From an uncultured Spirochaetales bacterium (GTDB lineage: Bacteria; Spirochaetota; Spirochaetia; SPDA01; CAZSGZ01): a DNA stretch of 64,000 nucleotides. Of the stretch, positions 26,652 through 36,722 are shown piece after piece. Below the pieces are notes generated by a model. It saw only the letters and a program-made list of their open reading frames with translations. It was not told the origin of the DNA and did not search any database. The stretch lies in the NCBI GenBank assembly GCA_964440465.1, contig CAYTSI010000005.1, positions 151-64,150 of the forward strand. Direction: 5' to 3'. The position numbers were made by a program, and so were the translations under genes. Position 1 is the first letter of the stretch. Every line of letters begins with the position of its first letter.

Positions 26652-28249
26652 TCCTTAATAACCTCTTTGTCGATTACCTTTCCGAAAGATTTGAGTTCTT
26701 TTTTAACGGAAATGACCGCCGGCAGTTTTTTTACCTTTAAATCGCGGATTTCGTCGGTATCATTAACCCGTTCGATGGTAATATTGCTTCCCAGTTCCCG
26801 CTGGGCCCTGTTGATGTTGTCGAGCAGCTCCATCGATTCGTCGGAACCGTCGTCTATAACGATCAGTTTCGAGTCGGCCCGCTTAATCCGCGCCCGTTCA
26901 ATCATCCTCTTGTAGACGGCATGGACTAAGTCTTCCCGTTTCGGGATTTGGCTGATAAAAGCAACCTGCCCGTCGATACAGATGGTGGGCACTTTTTCCA
27001 CATGCAGAGCCTCCATCAGTTCGATGGATTCCTTTGTTTTAATTTTATGTTCCCGCCATTCGACCACCCCTTCGAACTCCGGCGCGATTTCCTGCACGCT
27101 TTCCACCATGTACTGACAGGGGGCGCAGGATTCGGAGTCAAGGGTTATGATATCAACCTTGATTTTATCCAGGCCGCCGTAATCGGACATGTCCAGGTCG
27201 GAATGTTCGGCCACCTCTGTCCCCACTAACTCCATGGCAACCTGAAGCTTGTAATCGTCCTTCAGCATTTCCGAAACGGCGATAATGTTTTCCTTCGGTA
27301 CGCCGAAGGGAATATCGCATCCCGGGGCGAGGATAAATCCCGTTTTTCCGCCGGTCTGCAGGCATTCCGCCGCGTGCCGGAGGTTGTCCTTTTCATCCCC
27401 GAAGAGCATGATCGTTGTCAGGCGCATATTGCCGCCGAAGGAAACGTTGTATTTTTCAGCGGTCTCCCGAACGTAATCGAGGGGAATGTTTTCATCAATT
27501 GATACATTGTCGGGCCTGCATTTACACATGGCCTCGACATTTTTCTGGGCGTGGCCGCATACAAAAAAGGATGAGTAGGTGTTTTCCTCCCGAATATGGG
27601 AAAAAATGTCGGAGCAGTATTTTGAGACGTAGGTCCCGAAATCTTTCGGGCTTATCTGGCTTGTCATAGGATCGACAACCGCAATCACATCGCAGCCGTT
27701 TTTTATGTAGTAGGAAGCCATTTTTTTCCCAATTTCCGTACCGAATCGCATTACCTCATGGACTTTCTCCGGATTATCGTACATTTCCATAAAGATTTCC
27801 GGCCCTAACAGGTGCAGTGACAATGTAAAGGGCCCTGTTATCAGGCCGTACAGGGCCACTTCGGGGTATTTCTCCCGGATCTTCCGGGTAACTTCCATAA
27901 TCATCGGAATACGACCCTTGGTTTCATTCAATTCCGGAAGGTCCTCCAGTTTTTTTCCGCCTGTAAGGGCGTGGCTGGATACCGCCGGCGGATTGTCCCG
28001 GGCCCAGATCAGGTCGCAGCCTAAAATTTCCGCTTCCACCTGCAGGTCGAAAATGACCGGGATCCCGTCGGGCCGGTAGGTGTCAACTGCCGCGGAAATG
28101 CCCGCGATCATATTGTCTTTGCTTTTTAAAAACTCCTCGGCCCCCATTCCCAGAAGGGCCGCCGCGTGCACCCCCACAAAGGGGACATAGGGTACACGGA
28201 GGGTCTCTTTATTTTGAATAGCTGTTACTACGAGTTCTTTACCTGTCAA
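26630..28249 (-). CDS. Uroporphyrinogen-decarboxylase (URO-D) family methyltransferase, MtaA/CmuA-like, fused to a C-terminal thioredoxin-like domain.
   Basis: It has an N-terminal URO-D/MtaA-like barrel of about 340 aa. The C-terminal segment of about 180 aa has CAPC and a Trx-like VPTICIDGQ motif. Confidence 0.65.
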   Translation of the reverse strand: MTGKELVVTAIQNKETLRVPYVPFVGVHAAALLGMGAEEFLKSKDNMIAGISAAVDTYRPDGIPVIFDLQVEAEILGCDLIWARDNPPAVSSHALTGGKKLEDLPELNETKGRIPMIMEVTRKIREKYPEVALYGLITGPFTLSLHLLGPEIFMEMYDNPEKVHEVMRFGTEIGKKMASYYIKNGCDVIAVVDPMTSQISPKDFGTYVSKYCSDIFSHIREENTYSSFFVCGHAQKNVEAMCKCRPDNVSIDENIPLDYVRETAEKYNVSFGGNMRLTTIMLFGDEKDNLRHAAECLQTGGKTGFILAPGCDIPFGVPKENIIAVSEMLKDDYKLQVAMELVGTEVAEHSDLDMSDYGGLDKIKVDIITLDSESCAPCQYMVESVQEIAPEFEGVVEWREHKIKTKESIELMEALHVEKVPTICIDGQVAFISQIPKREDLVHAVYKRMIERARIKRADSKLIVIDDGSDESMELLDNINRAQRELGSNITIERVNDTDEIRDLKVKKLPAVISVKKELKSFGKVIDKEVIKEWIKAIL

Positions 28250-28388
28250 TATATTCTCCTTACATATGAATATACAAAAATTGCCGCTCTGGAGAAAGGA
28301 TGATCTTTCTAATTTTTGTAATTCCTCTTCCTCCGTCCCCTCATTTATGGTATTTTAGCTGTGGACCCGCAAAATAGAAGGAGAAGAT

Positions 28389-29285
28389 ATGGCACGAACG
28401 ACAATAACAGAGGCAATAGCGGCGCGGAAAGTACTCGTTTCCGACGGCGCGTGGGGAACAATGATGCAGATGGGGGGGCTCTCGCCGGGTGAATGCCCGG
28501 AGGCCTGGAACACGGAAAAGGCCGATACGGTATTCGAAATCGGCAAGGCGTATATCGATGCCGGGTCCGATATTATCGAGACAAACAGCTTCGGCGGAAC
28601 ATCATATAAATTGAAGTACTACGGTCTTGAAGACCGGGTCGAAATACTGAATAAACTGGCCGCGGAATTGTCCCGGAAGGCCGCCGGCGAGGACAGATGG
28701 GTAATGGGGTCCATGGGACCGACAGGGAAGCTAACGGTAATGGGGGACATAACGGAAGAGGAATATTTCACCGCCTTCACCGAGCAGGCAAAGGCCCTCG
28801 AGGCTGGCGGCGCGGACGCGCTGATGATAGAAACCCAAATGGCCCTTGATGAGGCGTTGGCAGCGGTCCGGGCCGGGAAAGAACATACCTCTCTCGAGAT
28901 TATCGCCTCGTTTACTTTTGAAGAAACCGAAAAAGGCGGTTTTAAAACGATGATGGGTGTAAGCCCCGCGCGGGCGGTTACGGCTGCCGTGGACGCCGGG
29001 GCCTCGATTATCGGCGCGAACTGCGGCAGAGGCTATGCAGGAATGGAACGGGTAATACGGGAGTTCAAGGAGGCCCGCCCGGATGTACCTGTCCTTATTC
29101 AGACAAATGCCGGAATTCCGAAGCAGGAGGACGGGGTAGATGTGTTCCCCGCGACACCGGAGGAGATGGCGGGACAGGTGCCGCTATGGATTGAAGCCGG
29201 GGCCTCGATTATCGGCGGCTGCTGCGGAACGACGGAACAGCATATTGCCGCGATCCGGAAAGCCGTCGATGAATATCTACGCTGA
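28389..29285 (+). CDS. Homocysteine S-methyltransferase domain protein (Pfam PF02574). The donor is probably a methyl-corrinoid or S-methylmethionine.
   Basis: VLVSDGAWGTMMQ, GANCGRG and the GGCCGTT zinc-ligand motifs are characteristic of the Hcy-binding domain of MetH/BHMT/MmuM. Confidence 0.8.
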   Translation: MARTTITEAIAARKVLVSDGAWGTMMQMGGLSPGECPEAWNTEKADTVFEIGKAYIDAGSDIIETNSFGGTSYKLKYYGLEDRVEILNKLAAELSRKAAGEDRWVMGSMGPTGKLTVMGDITEEEYFTAFTEQAKALEAGGADALMIETQMALDEALAAVRAGKEHTSLEIIASFTFEETEKGGFKTMMGVSPARAVTAAVDAGASIIGANCGRGYAGMERVIREFKEARPDVPVLIQTNAGIPKQEDGVDVFPATPEEMAGQVPLWIEAGASIIGGCCGTTEQHIAAIRKAVDEYLR

Positions 29286-29299
29286 CAAAAGGACGGAAC

Positions 29300-30349
29300 A
29301 TGGACCGAAAACTGAAGCTCTCGATTAGGAAAACTGAAAATGAAAAACTCCGGGGGGAAATTCAAACCCGCCTCGACGACTTGACGAAGCCCCCGGGAAG
29401 CCTGGGACGGTTGGAAGAACTGGTTATGCAGTACTGTCTCTGCAGAGGTAATGCCGATGCCGTACTTGAAAAAATGAAGATTTTTACCTTTGCCGGGGAC
29501 CACGGGATTACCGAAGAAGGCGTCAGCCCCTATCCCTCGGAGGTTACCATGCAGATGGTGATGAACATGGCCGCCGGCGGGGCCGCTATCAGTGTGCTCT
29601 GTAAGAACGCGGGAATCGAATATTCCGTTGTGGATATCGGCGTTGCCGGGGACCTTCCGAAGATTGACGGCATTATCTATCAAAAAATTGCACGGGGGAC
29701 GGAGAATTTTGCCAAAGGGCCGGCAATGACGGAGGAGCAGTGCTTCAATGCCCTGCAGGCGGGCATTGATCTCGCCGGCGCGGGACCCCGCGACCTGTAT
29801 GGCGTCGGGGAGATGGGGATTGGCAACACTTCATCCGCTTCCGCCCTCTGTGCCCTTTTGCTGGGAATACCGGCCGAGGAAACAGTCGGTGCCGGGACCG
29901 GAGCGTCGGGAGATCTTCTGGCGCGAAAAAAAGAAGTCATACGGGCGGCGGTTCATTTTCACCGAAAGTCCTGGGACGGAAGCGGGTTTGACGCCCTGCG
30001 CCGTGTCGGGGGGTATGAACTTGCCGGAATGGCCGGTGTCATGCTGGGTGCCGCCGCGAAAAGGGTCCCGACCGTGGTCGACGGCTTTATCTCCTCCGCG
30101 GCGGCGCTGGCGGCGCTTCGTATCTGTCCCGAAACGGAGGATTATCTTATCTTTTCTCACGCATCGGCGGAACATTATCACCGGGCTTTTTTAGAAAAAC
30201 TTTCCGTCAAGCCGGTAATGGACCTGCGGATGCGTTTAGGTGAGGGGACCGGTTCCGCCCTGGCAATGCAGATTATTCAGCAGGGAATGAACTGCTATCA
30301 CCAGATGGCCACCTTCAGTTCCGCCGGGGTTTCGGGGACGGAGGAATAG
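29300..30349 (+). CDS. cobT: Nicotinate-nucleotide--dimethylbenzimidazole phosphoribosyltransferase.
   Basis: The CobT family signature region is DIGVAGD...[14 protein letters not shown]...AGMAG. Confidence 0.85.
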   Translation: MDRKLKLSIRKTENEKLRGEIQTRLDDLTKPPGSLGRLEELVMQYCLCRGNADAVLEKMKIFTFAGDHGITEEGVSPYPSEVTMQMVMNMAAGGAAISVLCKNAGIEYSVVDIGVAGDLPKIDGIIYQKIARGTENFAKGPAMTEEQCFNALQAGIDLAGAGPRDLYGVGEMGIGNTSSASALCALLLGIPAEETVGAGTGASGDLLARKKEVIRAAVHFHRKSWDGSGFDALRRVGGYELAGMAGVMLGAAAKRVPTVVDGFISSAAALAALRICPETEDYLIFSHASAEHYHRAFLEKLSVKPVMDLRMRLGEGTGSALAMQIIQQGMNCYHQMATFSSAGVSGTEE

Positions 30350-30356
30350 CCGCGGC

Positions 30357-31271
30357 ATGCCGATTAAAATACCCGACAATTTACCCGCCCACCTTGTCTT
30401 GTCCCGGGAAAACATCTTCGTTATGGACGAGACCCGGGCAATCCATCAGGATATCAGGCCGTTAAAAATCCTTTTACTCAATTTGATGCCGACAAAAATT
30501 ACGACGGAAACCCAGGTGATGCGTCAGCTTTCCAACTCGCCCCTGCAGATCGAGGTTGAGCTGCTGCATCCGAAAACGCATATACCGAAAAACACCCCTT
30601 CCGAGCATCTGCTGGCTTTTTATAAAACCTTTGACGATGTGAAACATCAAAAATACGACGGCCTTATTATTACCGGCGCGCCTGTTGAGCGTATCGAATT
30701 TGAAGAGGTCACCTACTGGGAAGAGCTTACCCGCATTATGGAATGGTCGATACATCATGTAACGTCGACAATGCACGTCTGCTGGGCCGCCCAGGCGGGG
30801 CTGTACTATCATTACGGGATAAAAAAGCACGATCTTTCGAAAAAAATGTTCGGTGTCTTCCCGCATTCCACCCTGAACAGATCGATACCCCTAGTCCGCG
30901 GCTTCGATGACGTGTTTGTCGCCCCCCATTCGAGGCATACGGAGGTCCGGCGGGAAGAAATCGCGGCCCATCCGGAGCTCGAACTTTTAAGTGAATCCCA
31001 GGAGGCGGGAGTATACATCGTTTTGGCGAAAAACGGCATGATTTTCGTAACCGGTCATGCCGAATACGATCCCCTTACCCTGAAGGAGGAGTACGAACGG
31101 GACCGGCAGAAGGGGGAGTACATCGAATTACCGAAAAACTACTTTATCAATGATGATCCGGGACTAGGCGTTATCGTCCGCTGGCGAAGCCACGCCCAGC
31201 TCCTCTTTTCGAACTGGCTTAATTACTACGTCTACCAGCTTACCCCCTATGATATGAACCAGATCCGGTAG
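30357..31271 (+). CDS. metA: Homoserine O-acyltransferase (MetA family).
   Basis: The N-terminal [14 protein letters not shown] and an HVCWAAQAG catalytic Cys region are typical of MetA. Confidence 0.85.
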   Translation: MPIKIPDNLPAHLVLSRENIFVMDETRAIHQDIRPLKILLLNLMPTKITTETQVMRQLSNSPLQIEVELLHPKTHIPKNTPSEHLLAFYKTFDDVKHQKYDGLIITGAPVERIEFEEVTYWEELTRIMEWSIHHVTSTMHVCWAAQAGLYYHYGIKKHDLSKKMFGVFPHSTLNRSIPLVRGFDDVFVAPHSRHTEVRREEIAAHPELELLSESQEAGVYIVLAKNGMIFVTGHAEYDPLTLKEEYERDRQKGEYIELPKNYFINDDPGLGVIVRWRSHAQLLFSNWLNYYVYQLTPYDMNQIR

Positions 31272-31273
31272 CT

Positions 31274-32800
31274 TTACTCCTGAAAGATCCGTTTTGTCGC
31301 GTAGACAGGGTCCGCCGTCAAGTTTACGCCGATCCTCCTCAGTCCCGCCTCATCGCCGGGGCTCGGAATATGGGTCAGATGCATTTTGCAGCCCCGAATT
31401 TCGTGCAGTTTATCCATGCAGGCCTTGACCATCGGGGTGAGGGCGGAACTTATCGCTAAAGCGATCAGGGCCTCATCCACATCAAGACTGGGATGTTTCC
31501 CGCCTCCCACTTCCCGTTTAAAACCGGCGATGGATTCGATAATCAGCGGGGAAAGGAGGTGTATCGAATCCGGTACGCCCGCGAGTCTCTTCAGCCCGTT
31601 AATGATTGCCGCGGTTGCCGCGTGCAGCAGGTGGGAATTTTTTCCCGTTATCATTTCTCCCGAGGAAAGTTCCAAAGCGGCACCGCAGATGGTAAGTCCG
31701 TCGGCAACACCCCCTTTCGCGCCCAAACGTTCCGCTCTTTCCTCCACCGTTTTTCGGGCGGGAGTTACAACCGGCCGATACTCCGGTGTTATCCCCAGCT
31801 CCTTCAGAAGCATATGGGCTTTATTGAGAGACTCTATGTCAGCTAATCCCATCATATACTCACAGGCCGTCCGAAAATATCTGTAAACGGTTTCCTGCTT
31901 TGCCGATTCACGGGCAGCGTCGTCGTTAACAATAGCGAATCCCACGCGGTTTACCCCCATTTCCGTTGGGGACCGGTAGATCGGCCGGGAAGCGGTAATA
32001 CGTTCTAGTATCGCCTTTAAAATAGGAAAGGACTCCACGTCCCGGTTGTAGTTGATTGCACTTTCCCCCGCGGCCTCCAGGTGGAAAGGGTCGATACAAT
32101 TAACGTCCTTGAGGTCCAGTGTAGCAGCTTCGTAGGCAATATTGACGGGGTGTTTAAAGGGGAGGTTCCACACGGGGAAGGTTTCGAACTTCGCGTACAT
32201 TGCGGGGACCCCCCGTTTATAATCATGGTAAACCTGGGAGAGGCATGTTGCCATTTTCCCCGAACCGGGGCCGGGACCGGTAACCACCACCAGGGGGCTC
32301 GAGACTTCGATCCTGGGATTCGCGCCGTACCCTTCGCCGGAAACAATAAGGTCGATATCGGCAGGATAGCCGCTGATCGGCGCGTGCGTGTAGACCCTGA
32401 GTCCGCGGTTCTCCAGCTTCGTTTTGAATACTTTTGCCTGGCGCTGCCCCTCCCACCGGGTAATGACCACCGCGGACACGGCAAGACTTCTTTCGGCGAG
32501 ATCGTCGATGAGTTTCATGGCGTCGGCATCGTAGGTTATCCCGTAATCGGCCCGGATCTTCCGCTGTTCGATGGCTCCCGCGTGGATGCATAAAAGGATG
32601 TCCGCCTCCTTCTTAAGTTCCTTGAGAAGTCTGACTTTTATATTCGGATCATATCCGGGAAGGACCCGGGCGGCATGGAAGTCATTCAGCAGCTTTCCTC
32701 CGAATTCCAGGTAGAGCCTTCCTTTTGATGTACGCATCCGTTCTCTGATGCAAGAGGTCTGTTCTTGGAGGTAAATTTCGTTATCGAATGCCTTTTCCAT
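31274..32800 (-). CDS. UPF0371/DUF1846 family protein.
   Basis: The 508-aa ORF is similar overall to the UPF0371 family found in Firmicutes and Spirochaetes. Confidence 0.6.
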   Translation of the reverse strand: MEKAFDNEIYLQEQTSCIRERMRTSKGRLYLEFGGKLLNDFHAARVLPGYDPNIKVRLLKELKKEADILLCIHAGAIEQRKIRADYGITYDADAMKLIDDLAERSLAVSAVVITRWEGQRQAKVFKTKLENRGLRVYTHAPISGYPADIDLIVSGEGYGANPRIEVSSPLVVVTGPGPGSGKMATCLSQVYHDYKRGVPAMYAKFETFPVWNLPFKHPVNIAYEAATLDLKDVNCIDPFHLEAAGESAINYNRDVESFPILKAILERITASRPIYRSPTEMGVNRVGFAIVNDDAARESAKQETVYRYFRTACEYMMGLADIESLNKAHMLLKELGITPEYRPVVTPARKTVEERAERLGAKGGVADGLTICGAALELSSGEMITGKNSHLLHAATAAIINGLKRLAGVPDSIHLLSPLIIESIAGFKREVGGGKHPSLDVDEALIALAISSALTPMVKACMDKLHEIRGCKMHLTHIPSPGDEAGLRRIGVNLTADPVYATKRIFQE

Positions 32801-32886
32801 GGTAACGCCTTGTCCCGGGGCAGTCTAACCGGTATCCGGTCTTTTGGGAATAGAACAGATTGAATGATGTTTATTCCCCGCCGATG

Positions 32887-32915
32887 TTACAACTTTTTTA
32901 CAATTGTTTTACACT
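32887..32915 (+). promoter_or_regulatory. Three direct repeats TTACAAC, TTACAAT, TTACACT at exactly 11-bp periodicity, a candidate OmpR/PhoB-family response-regulator binding array upstream of the vWA-HK-RR operon.
   Basis: Read directly as gTTACAACttttTTACAATtgttTTACACT. The array lies about 40 bp upstream of the vWA gene start. Confidence 0.45.
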
Positions 32916-32953
32916 GGTCTGACTAAAAAAAATCTCCGGGATATAGATTTGTA

Positions 32954-34321
32954 ATGAAAGAATCTAATTGCAAGGAGAAAGAAATGAAAAAAAGCGGTAT
33001 TATAACGGTGTTTTTGGCGGCAGCGGTCGTTATCGGCGGTGTTTTCGGAGGGACAGAGCTGTCCGCGCAGACTGTGGACTTGAAGGTTTCCGTGTCGAAC
33101 CCGTATCTGCTCGCTGGGGAGCGGCAGAGTGTCTTTCTGAAGGTGGGGCTGACCGGGTTTGAGCTGGATGGACGGATAGACAGGCCGCCCGCGAATGTTT
33201 CTATTGTGCTGGACAAGTCGGGGTCGATGGAGGGGGAAAAGCTGGTCCGGGCGAAGGAAGCGGCGCTGTTAGCGGTGGAGATGCTCGGAGACAGGGACAT
33301 TGTTTCGATTGTGACCTATTCCGATACTGTATCGGTCCTGGTGCCCGCGACACGGGTATCGGAGCGGAGTTATATCCGGCGGCGGATCGAGTCGATTTTT
33401 GCCGGGGGATCGACGGCGCTGTTTGCCGGGGTGAGCAAAGGGGCCGACGAGGTGTCGAAATTCTTAGAGCGGAACAAGGTAAACCGGGTCATTCTTCTTT
33501 CCGACGGTCTGGCGAATGTGGGGCCGGATTCGCCTATGGCGTTAGGCAGTTTGGGAGAATCGTTGAAGCGCACGGGGATTTCGGTGACCACTATCGGCCT
33601 CGGCTTGGGTTACAATGAAGACTTGATGGTTGCTTTAGCGGAACGGAGCGACGGGAACCATGCTTTTGTGGAAAATTATCGCGATTTGACAAGGATTTTT
33701 CAGTATGAGTTTCAGGACATTCTGTCCGTGGTGGCGCAGGACGTGAAAATAGAAATTATATGCGACGAACGGATTGTTCCCCGGCGGATTTTAGGCAGAA
33801 ACGCGGAAATTATCGGGAACAAAGTGTATACCAACCTCAATCAGCTTTACAGCAATCAGGAAAAGTATCTGCTTATCGAGCTCGAAGTGCCCCCGTTTCA
33901 GGAGGGGACACAGATTGATGCCGCCCGGGTAAGTATACAGTATGATAATATGGGGACATACAAGTCCGATTATCTAACGGGGGCCGCGGCCGTCAGTTTT
34001 ACCCGGTCGAAGCAGGCTGTCGACGATGCGAAGGACCGGGCGACATTGGTAGACGCGGTAAAGCAGATAGCAACGGAACGGAGTGAAGAGGCCATCAGTC
34101 TGCGGGACAAGGGAGAGGTGGAGGAAGCACGGCGGGTTTTGCAGGCGAATTCCGAGTTTTTGCTGGAAGAGGCGGAAGAACTGGCATCGCCGGAACTGGA
34201 AGGATTAAGCCAGTCGATTCAGATGGACGCGGCGGCAATTGAGGATGATGCCGAGTGGAATTCCAACCGGAAACGGATGAAGAAGGAGTCCTATGAAGTC
34301 CAGAATCAGCAGAGTTACTAA
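32954..34321 (+). CDS. Secreted von Willebrand factor A (vWA) domain protein.
   Basis: It has a signal peptide and a MIDAS motif (VLDKSGSMEG ... S ... T ... SDG). Confidence 0.75.
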   Translation: MKESNCKEKEMKKSGIITVFLAAAVVIGGVFGGTELSAQTVDLKVSVSNPYLLAGERQSVFLKVGLTGFELDGRIDRPPANVSIVLDKSGSMEGEKLVRAKEAALLAVEMLGDRDIVSIVTYSDTVSVLVPATRVSERSYIRRRIESIFAGGSTALFAGVSKGADEVSKFLERNKVNRVILLSDGLANVGPDSPMALGSLGESLKRTGISVTTIGLGLGYNEDLMVALAERSDGNHAFVENYRDLTRIFQYEFQDILSVVAQDVKIEIICDERIVPRRILGRNAEIIGNKVYTNLNQLYSNQEKYLLIELEVPPFQEGTQIDAARVSIQYDNMGTYKSDYLTGAAAVSFTRSKQAVDDAKDRATLVDAVKQIATERSEEAISLRDKGEVEEARRVLQANSEFLLEEAEELASPELEGLSQSIQMDAAAIEDDAEWNSNRKRMKKESYEVQNQQSY

Positions 34322-35954
34322 CAAAAAACTAATTGCGGTTTTTCTACTATTGACCGCGGTACCGGTAGGGCTGCTGGGCTGGCTTGCCGTAGTGGGCTAC
34401 AGGTCCGAAGCGGAACGGACTCGGCAGCAGCTCGAGGCCCTGGGGAGGGAACGCCTTACCACCGTTAATCTGCAGATAGAACACCATTTTTCTTCCCTGG
34501 AATCGGAGCTGCTGGGCCTGCCGAATCTGTATGAGGCATTTACCCGCGGCGCCGGCGAAGGCGCCGGCGCCGCGGGGACGGAGGAGCTGCGGGAACTTAC
34601 CCGTGAAAATTTTCTTTTTCGCCAGGTTTTTATCCTCGATAGCGAAAACCGCATGCTTTTCCCCGATGCTGAAATGCCGTTAAGCGAAAATGAACGTGAT
34701 TTTCTCCTTCGGACAAAGGAGATTGGGCTCTCCCGGGGGCTGTTTGAAAATAGCAGCGAGAAACGTACCGGTACACAGGAGTACGGCTGGTATACCTGGT
34801 ATTTAGGTGAAGGCATCAATTTTATTTTCTGGCAAAAAGGGGAACAAAAAGGGGGGACAGAGCAAGAAAAAAGCGTGATAACCGCTGTTGAATTAAACCG
34901 TATGGCCGTTATTTCCGGTGTTATCCGGGGACTTCCGGCAACCGACCCTAAGAGCGGTGACAGGTTTCGCGTGGTTTTAAAGGATGTCGGGAATAATGAA
35001 GTGTATATATGGGGCAGCTATGTTCCTGAAGAGGGGATTCCGCCAACGGCAACTGCTTCGGTAGTACCGCCGCTTGCCGCGTGGAGTCTCGAATATTACC
35101 TTCCGCCGGGGACAGAGGAGGCGGCCGCGGGAAGAATTATCCCGCTGTTCGGCGTAATCGGGTTTGTTTCCCTGGCGATTATCGGTTTGGCGGTGTATTT
35201 TTACCGGGAAAGTAGGAGGGAAGTCCGTGAAGCGTATAAAAAGGTCAGTTTCGTCAATCAGGTCAGCCATGAATTGAAAACTCCGTTAACGAATATCCGA
35301 ATGTACGCGGAGCTTCTCGAGAACAGGCTGCCTGAAGAGGATGAGAGGGGAAGCAGCTATCTCGATATCGTTATATCCGAAAGCAGAAGGCTGGGCAGGC
35401 TGATAGGCAATGTGCTTACCTTTGCAAGAGAGGGGCAAAACGGGGCCGCGTTTTCTCCCTCGGAGGAAGTCCCGGACCGGATCGTACAAGCGGTGGTCGG
35501 GAATTTTCGCGCCTCCCTGGAATCGAAAAAAATTCACGTTGAGTTGGACCTTCATGCCGGTACGGCGGTGATGATAGACAGGGACATTACCGAACAAATA
35601 GTGAGTAATCTAATCAGCAATGTGGAAAAGTATGCCGCCTCCGGCGAGTACCTGGGAATACAAACAAAGCAGTACGGGCAAACCGCGAAGAGCTTTACTA
35701 CTGAAATTACCGTTGTCGACAAGGGGCCGGGAATTCCGAAGGGTTTGCGGGAAAAGGTGTTTTCGCCGTTTTTCAGAATCAGCAGCAAGTCGACAGACGG
35801 GATTTCCGGGACCGGTATCGGTTTGTCGATTGTCCGCGGTCTGGCAAAGAAACACGGCGGAAGCGCGGCTGTAATTTCCGGCGGGGGGCCGGGGACAGAG
35901 CTGCGGGTTGTTTTGAAAACTGAAAGAGGACAAAATGAAAATACTGTTAGCTGA
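34293..35954 (+). CDS. Sensor histidine kinase with two TM segments and a periplasmic sensor domain.
   Basis: The TM segments are at about aa 15-35 and 265-290. The HisKA H-box is VSHELKTPLTNI. HATPase_c N, G1 and G2 boxes are present (GTGIGLSIV). Confidence 0.8.
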   Translation: MKSRISRVTNKKLIAVFLLLTAVPVGLLGWLAVVGYRSEAERTRQQLEALGRERLTTVNLQIEHHFSSLESELLGLPNLYEAFTRGAGEGAGAAGTEELRELTRENFLFRQVFILDSENRMLFPDAEMPLSENERDFLLRTKEIGLSRGLFENSSEKRTGTQEYGWYTWYLGEGINFIFWQKGEQKGGTEQEKSVITAVELNRMAVISGVIRGLPATDPKSGDRFRVVLKDVGNNEVYIWGSYVPEEGIPPTATASVVPPLAAWSLEYYLPPGTEEAAAGRIIPLFGVIGFVSLAIIGLAVYFYRESRREVREAYKKVSFVNQVSHELKTPLTNIRMYAELLENRLPEEDERGSSYLDIVISESRRLGRLIGNVLTFAREGQNGAAFSPSEEVPDRIVQAVVGNFRASLESKKIHVELDLHAGTAVMIDRDITEQIVSNLISNVEKYAASGEYLGIQTKQYGQTAKSFTTEITVVDKGPGIPKGLREKVFSPFFRISSKSTDGISGTGIGLSIVRGLAKKHGGSAAVISGGGPGTELRVVLKTERGQNENTVS

Positions 35955-36621
35955 AGATGATCAGTTTACCCGGGAGGGACTATCGGAGATTTTTGAACGG
36001 GAAGGGTACAACGTAACCACCGCGGGGGACGGAGCCGCGGCAATTGAGCTGTTTCGGGAAAGTCGGCCGGATATGGTTGTTCTTGATATTATGATGCCGG
36101 AGATAAGCGGCTATGATGTCTGCAGGAAAATTAGAAAAGAGGACAAACACGTGCCCGTCATCTTTTTAAGTGCAAAATCGGAGGAAATTGACAAGGTTGT
36201 AGGGCTCGAACTGGGGGCAGACGACTATATTTCGAAGCCCTTCGGCGTGCGGGAAGTTGTCGCGCGGATCCGGGCCGTTACGAGGAGAGTGATGAATGCA
36301 GGATCAGAATCACCTGCTGCCGTTGAAACCTTCGTGCTGGGAGACCTTGAGGTATATCCGGCCGAGCTGAAGGCCCAGAGAGGGACGGAGGAAATCGATT
36401 TGAGTCTGCGTGATGTGAAAATACTGTCGCTTTTTGCCCGAAACAGGGGGAAAGTCCTTAGCCGGGACGAGATCTACAACACCGGCTGGGGAATCAGCCA
36501 CATGCCGAATTCACGGACCCTCGATCAGCATATATCACAACTGAGAAAAAAAATCGAAGTAGACCCCAAAAATCCTCAGATTATTACGACTGTCCATTCC
36601 GCGGGCTACCGGTATCCCTGA
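35935..36621 (+). CDS. OmpR/PhoB-family response regulator.
   Basis: The REC domain is MKILLAEDD...DMVVLDIMMP. The C-terminal winged helix ends in TVHSAGYRY. Confidence 0.85.
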   Translation: MKILLAEDDQFTREGLSEIFEREGYNVTTAGDGAAAIELFRESRPDMVVLDIMMPEISGYDVCRKIRKEDKHVPVIFLSAKSEEIDKVVGLELGADDYISKPFGVREVVARIRAVTRRVMNAGSESPAAVETFVLGDLEVYPAELKAQRGTEEIDLSLRDVKILSLFARNRGKVLSRDEIYNTGWGISHMPNSRTLDQHISQLRKKIEVDPKNPQIITTVHSAGYRYP

Positions 36622-36722
36622 GGCGGTTCGATAGGTGTTATTTGTACAGTCCTATTTCGGAAACTTGGATATCGGCATCGAATTCGGCTTTTGCCGCTAC
36701 TACGGCAATACTTTTTAGGTGT

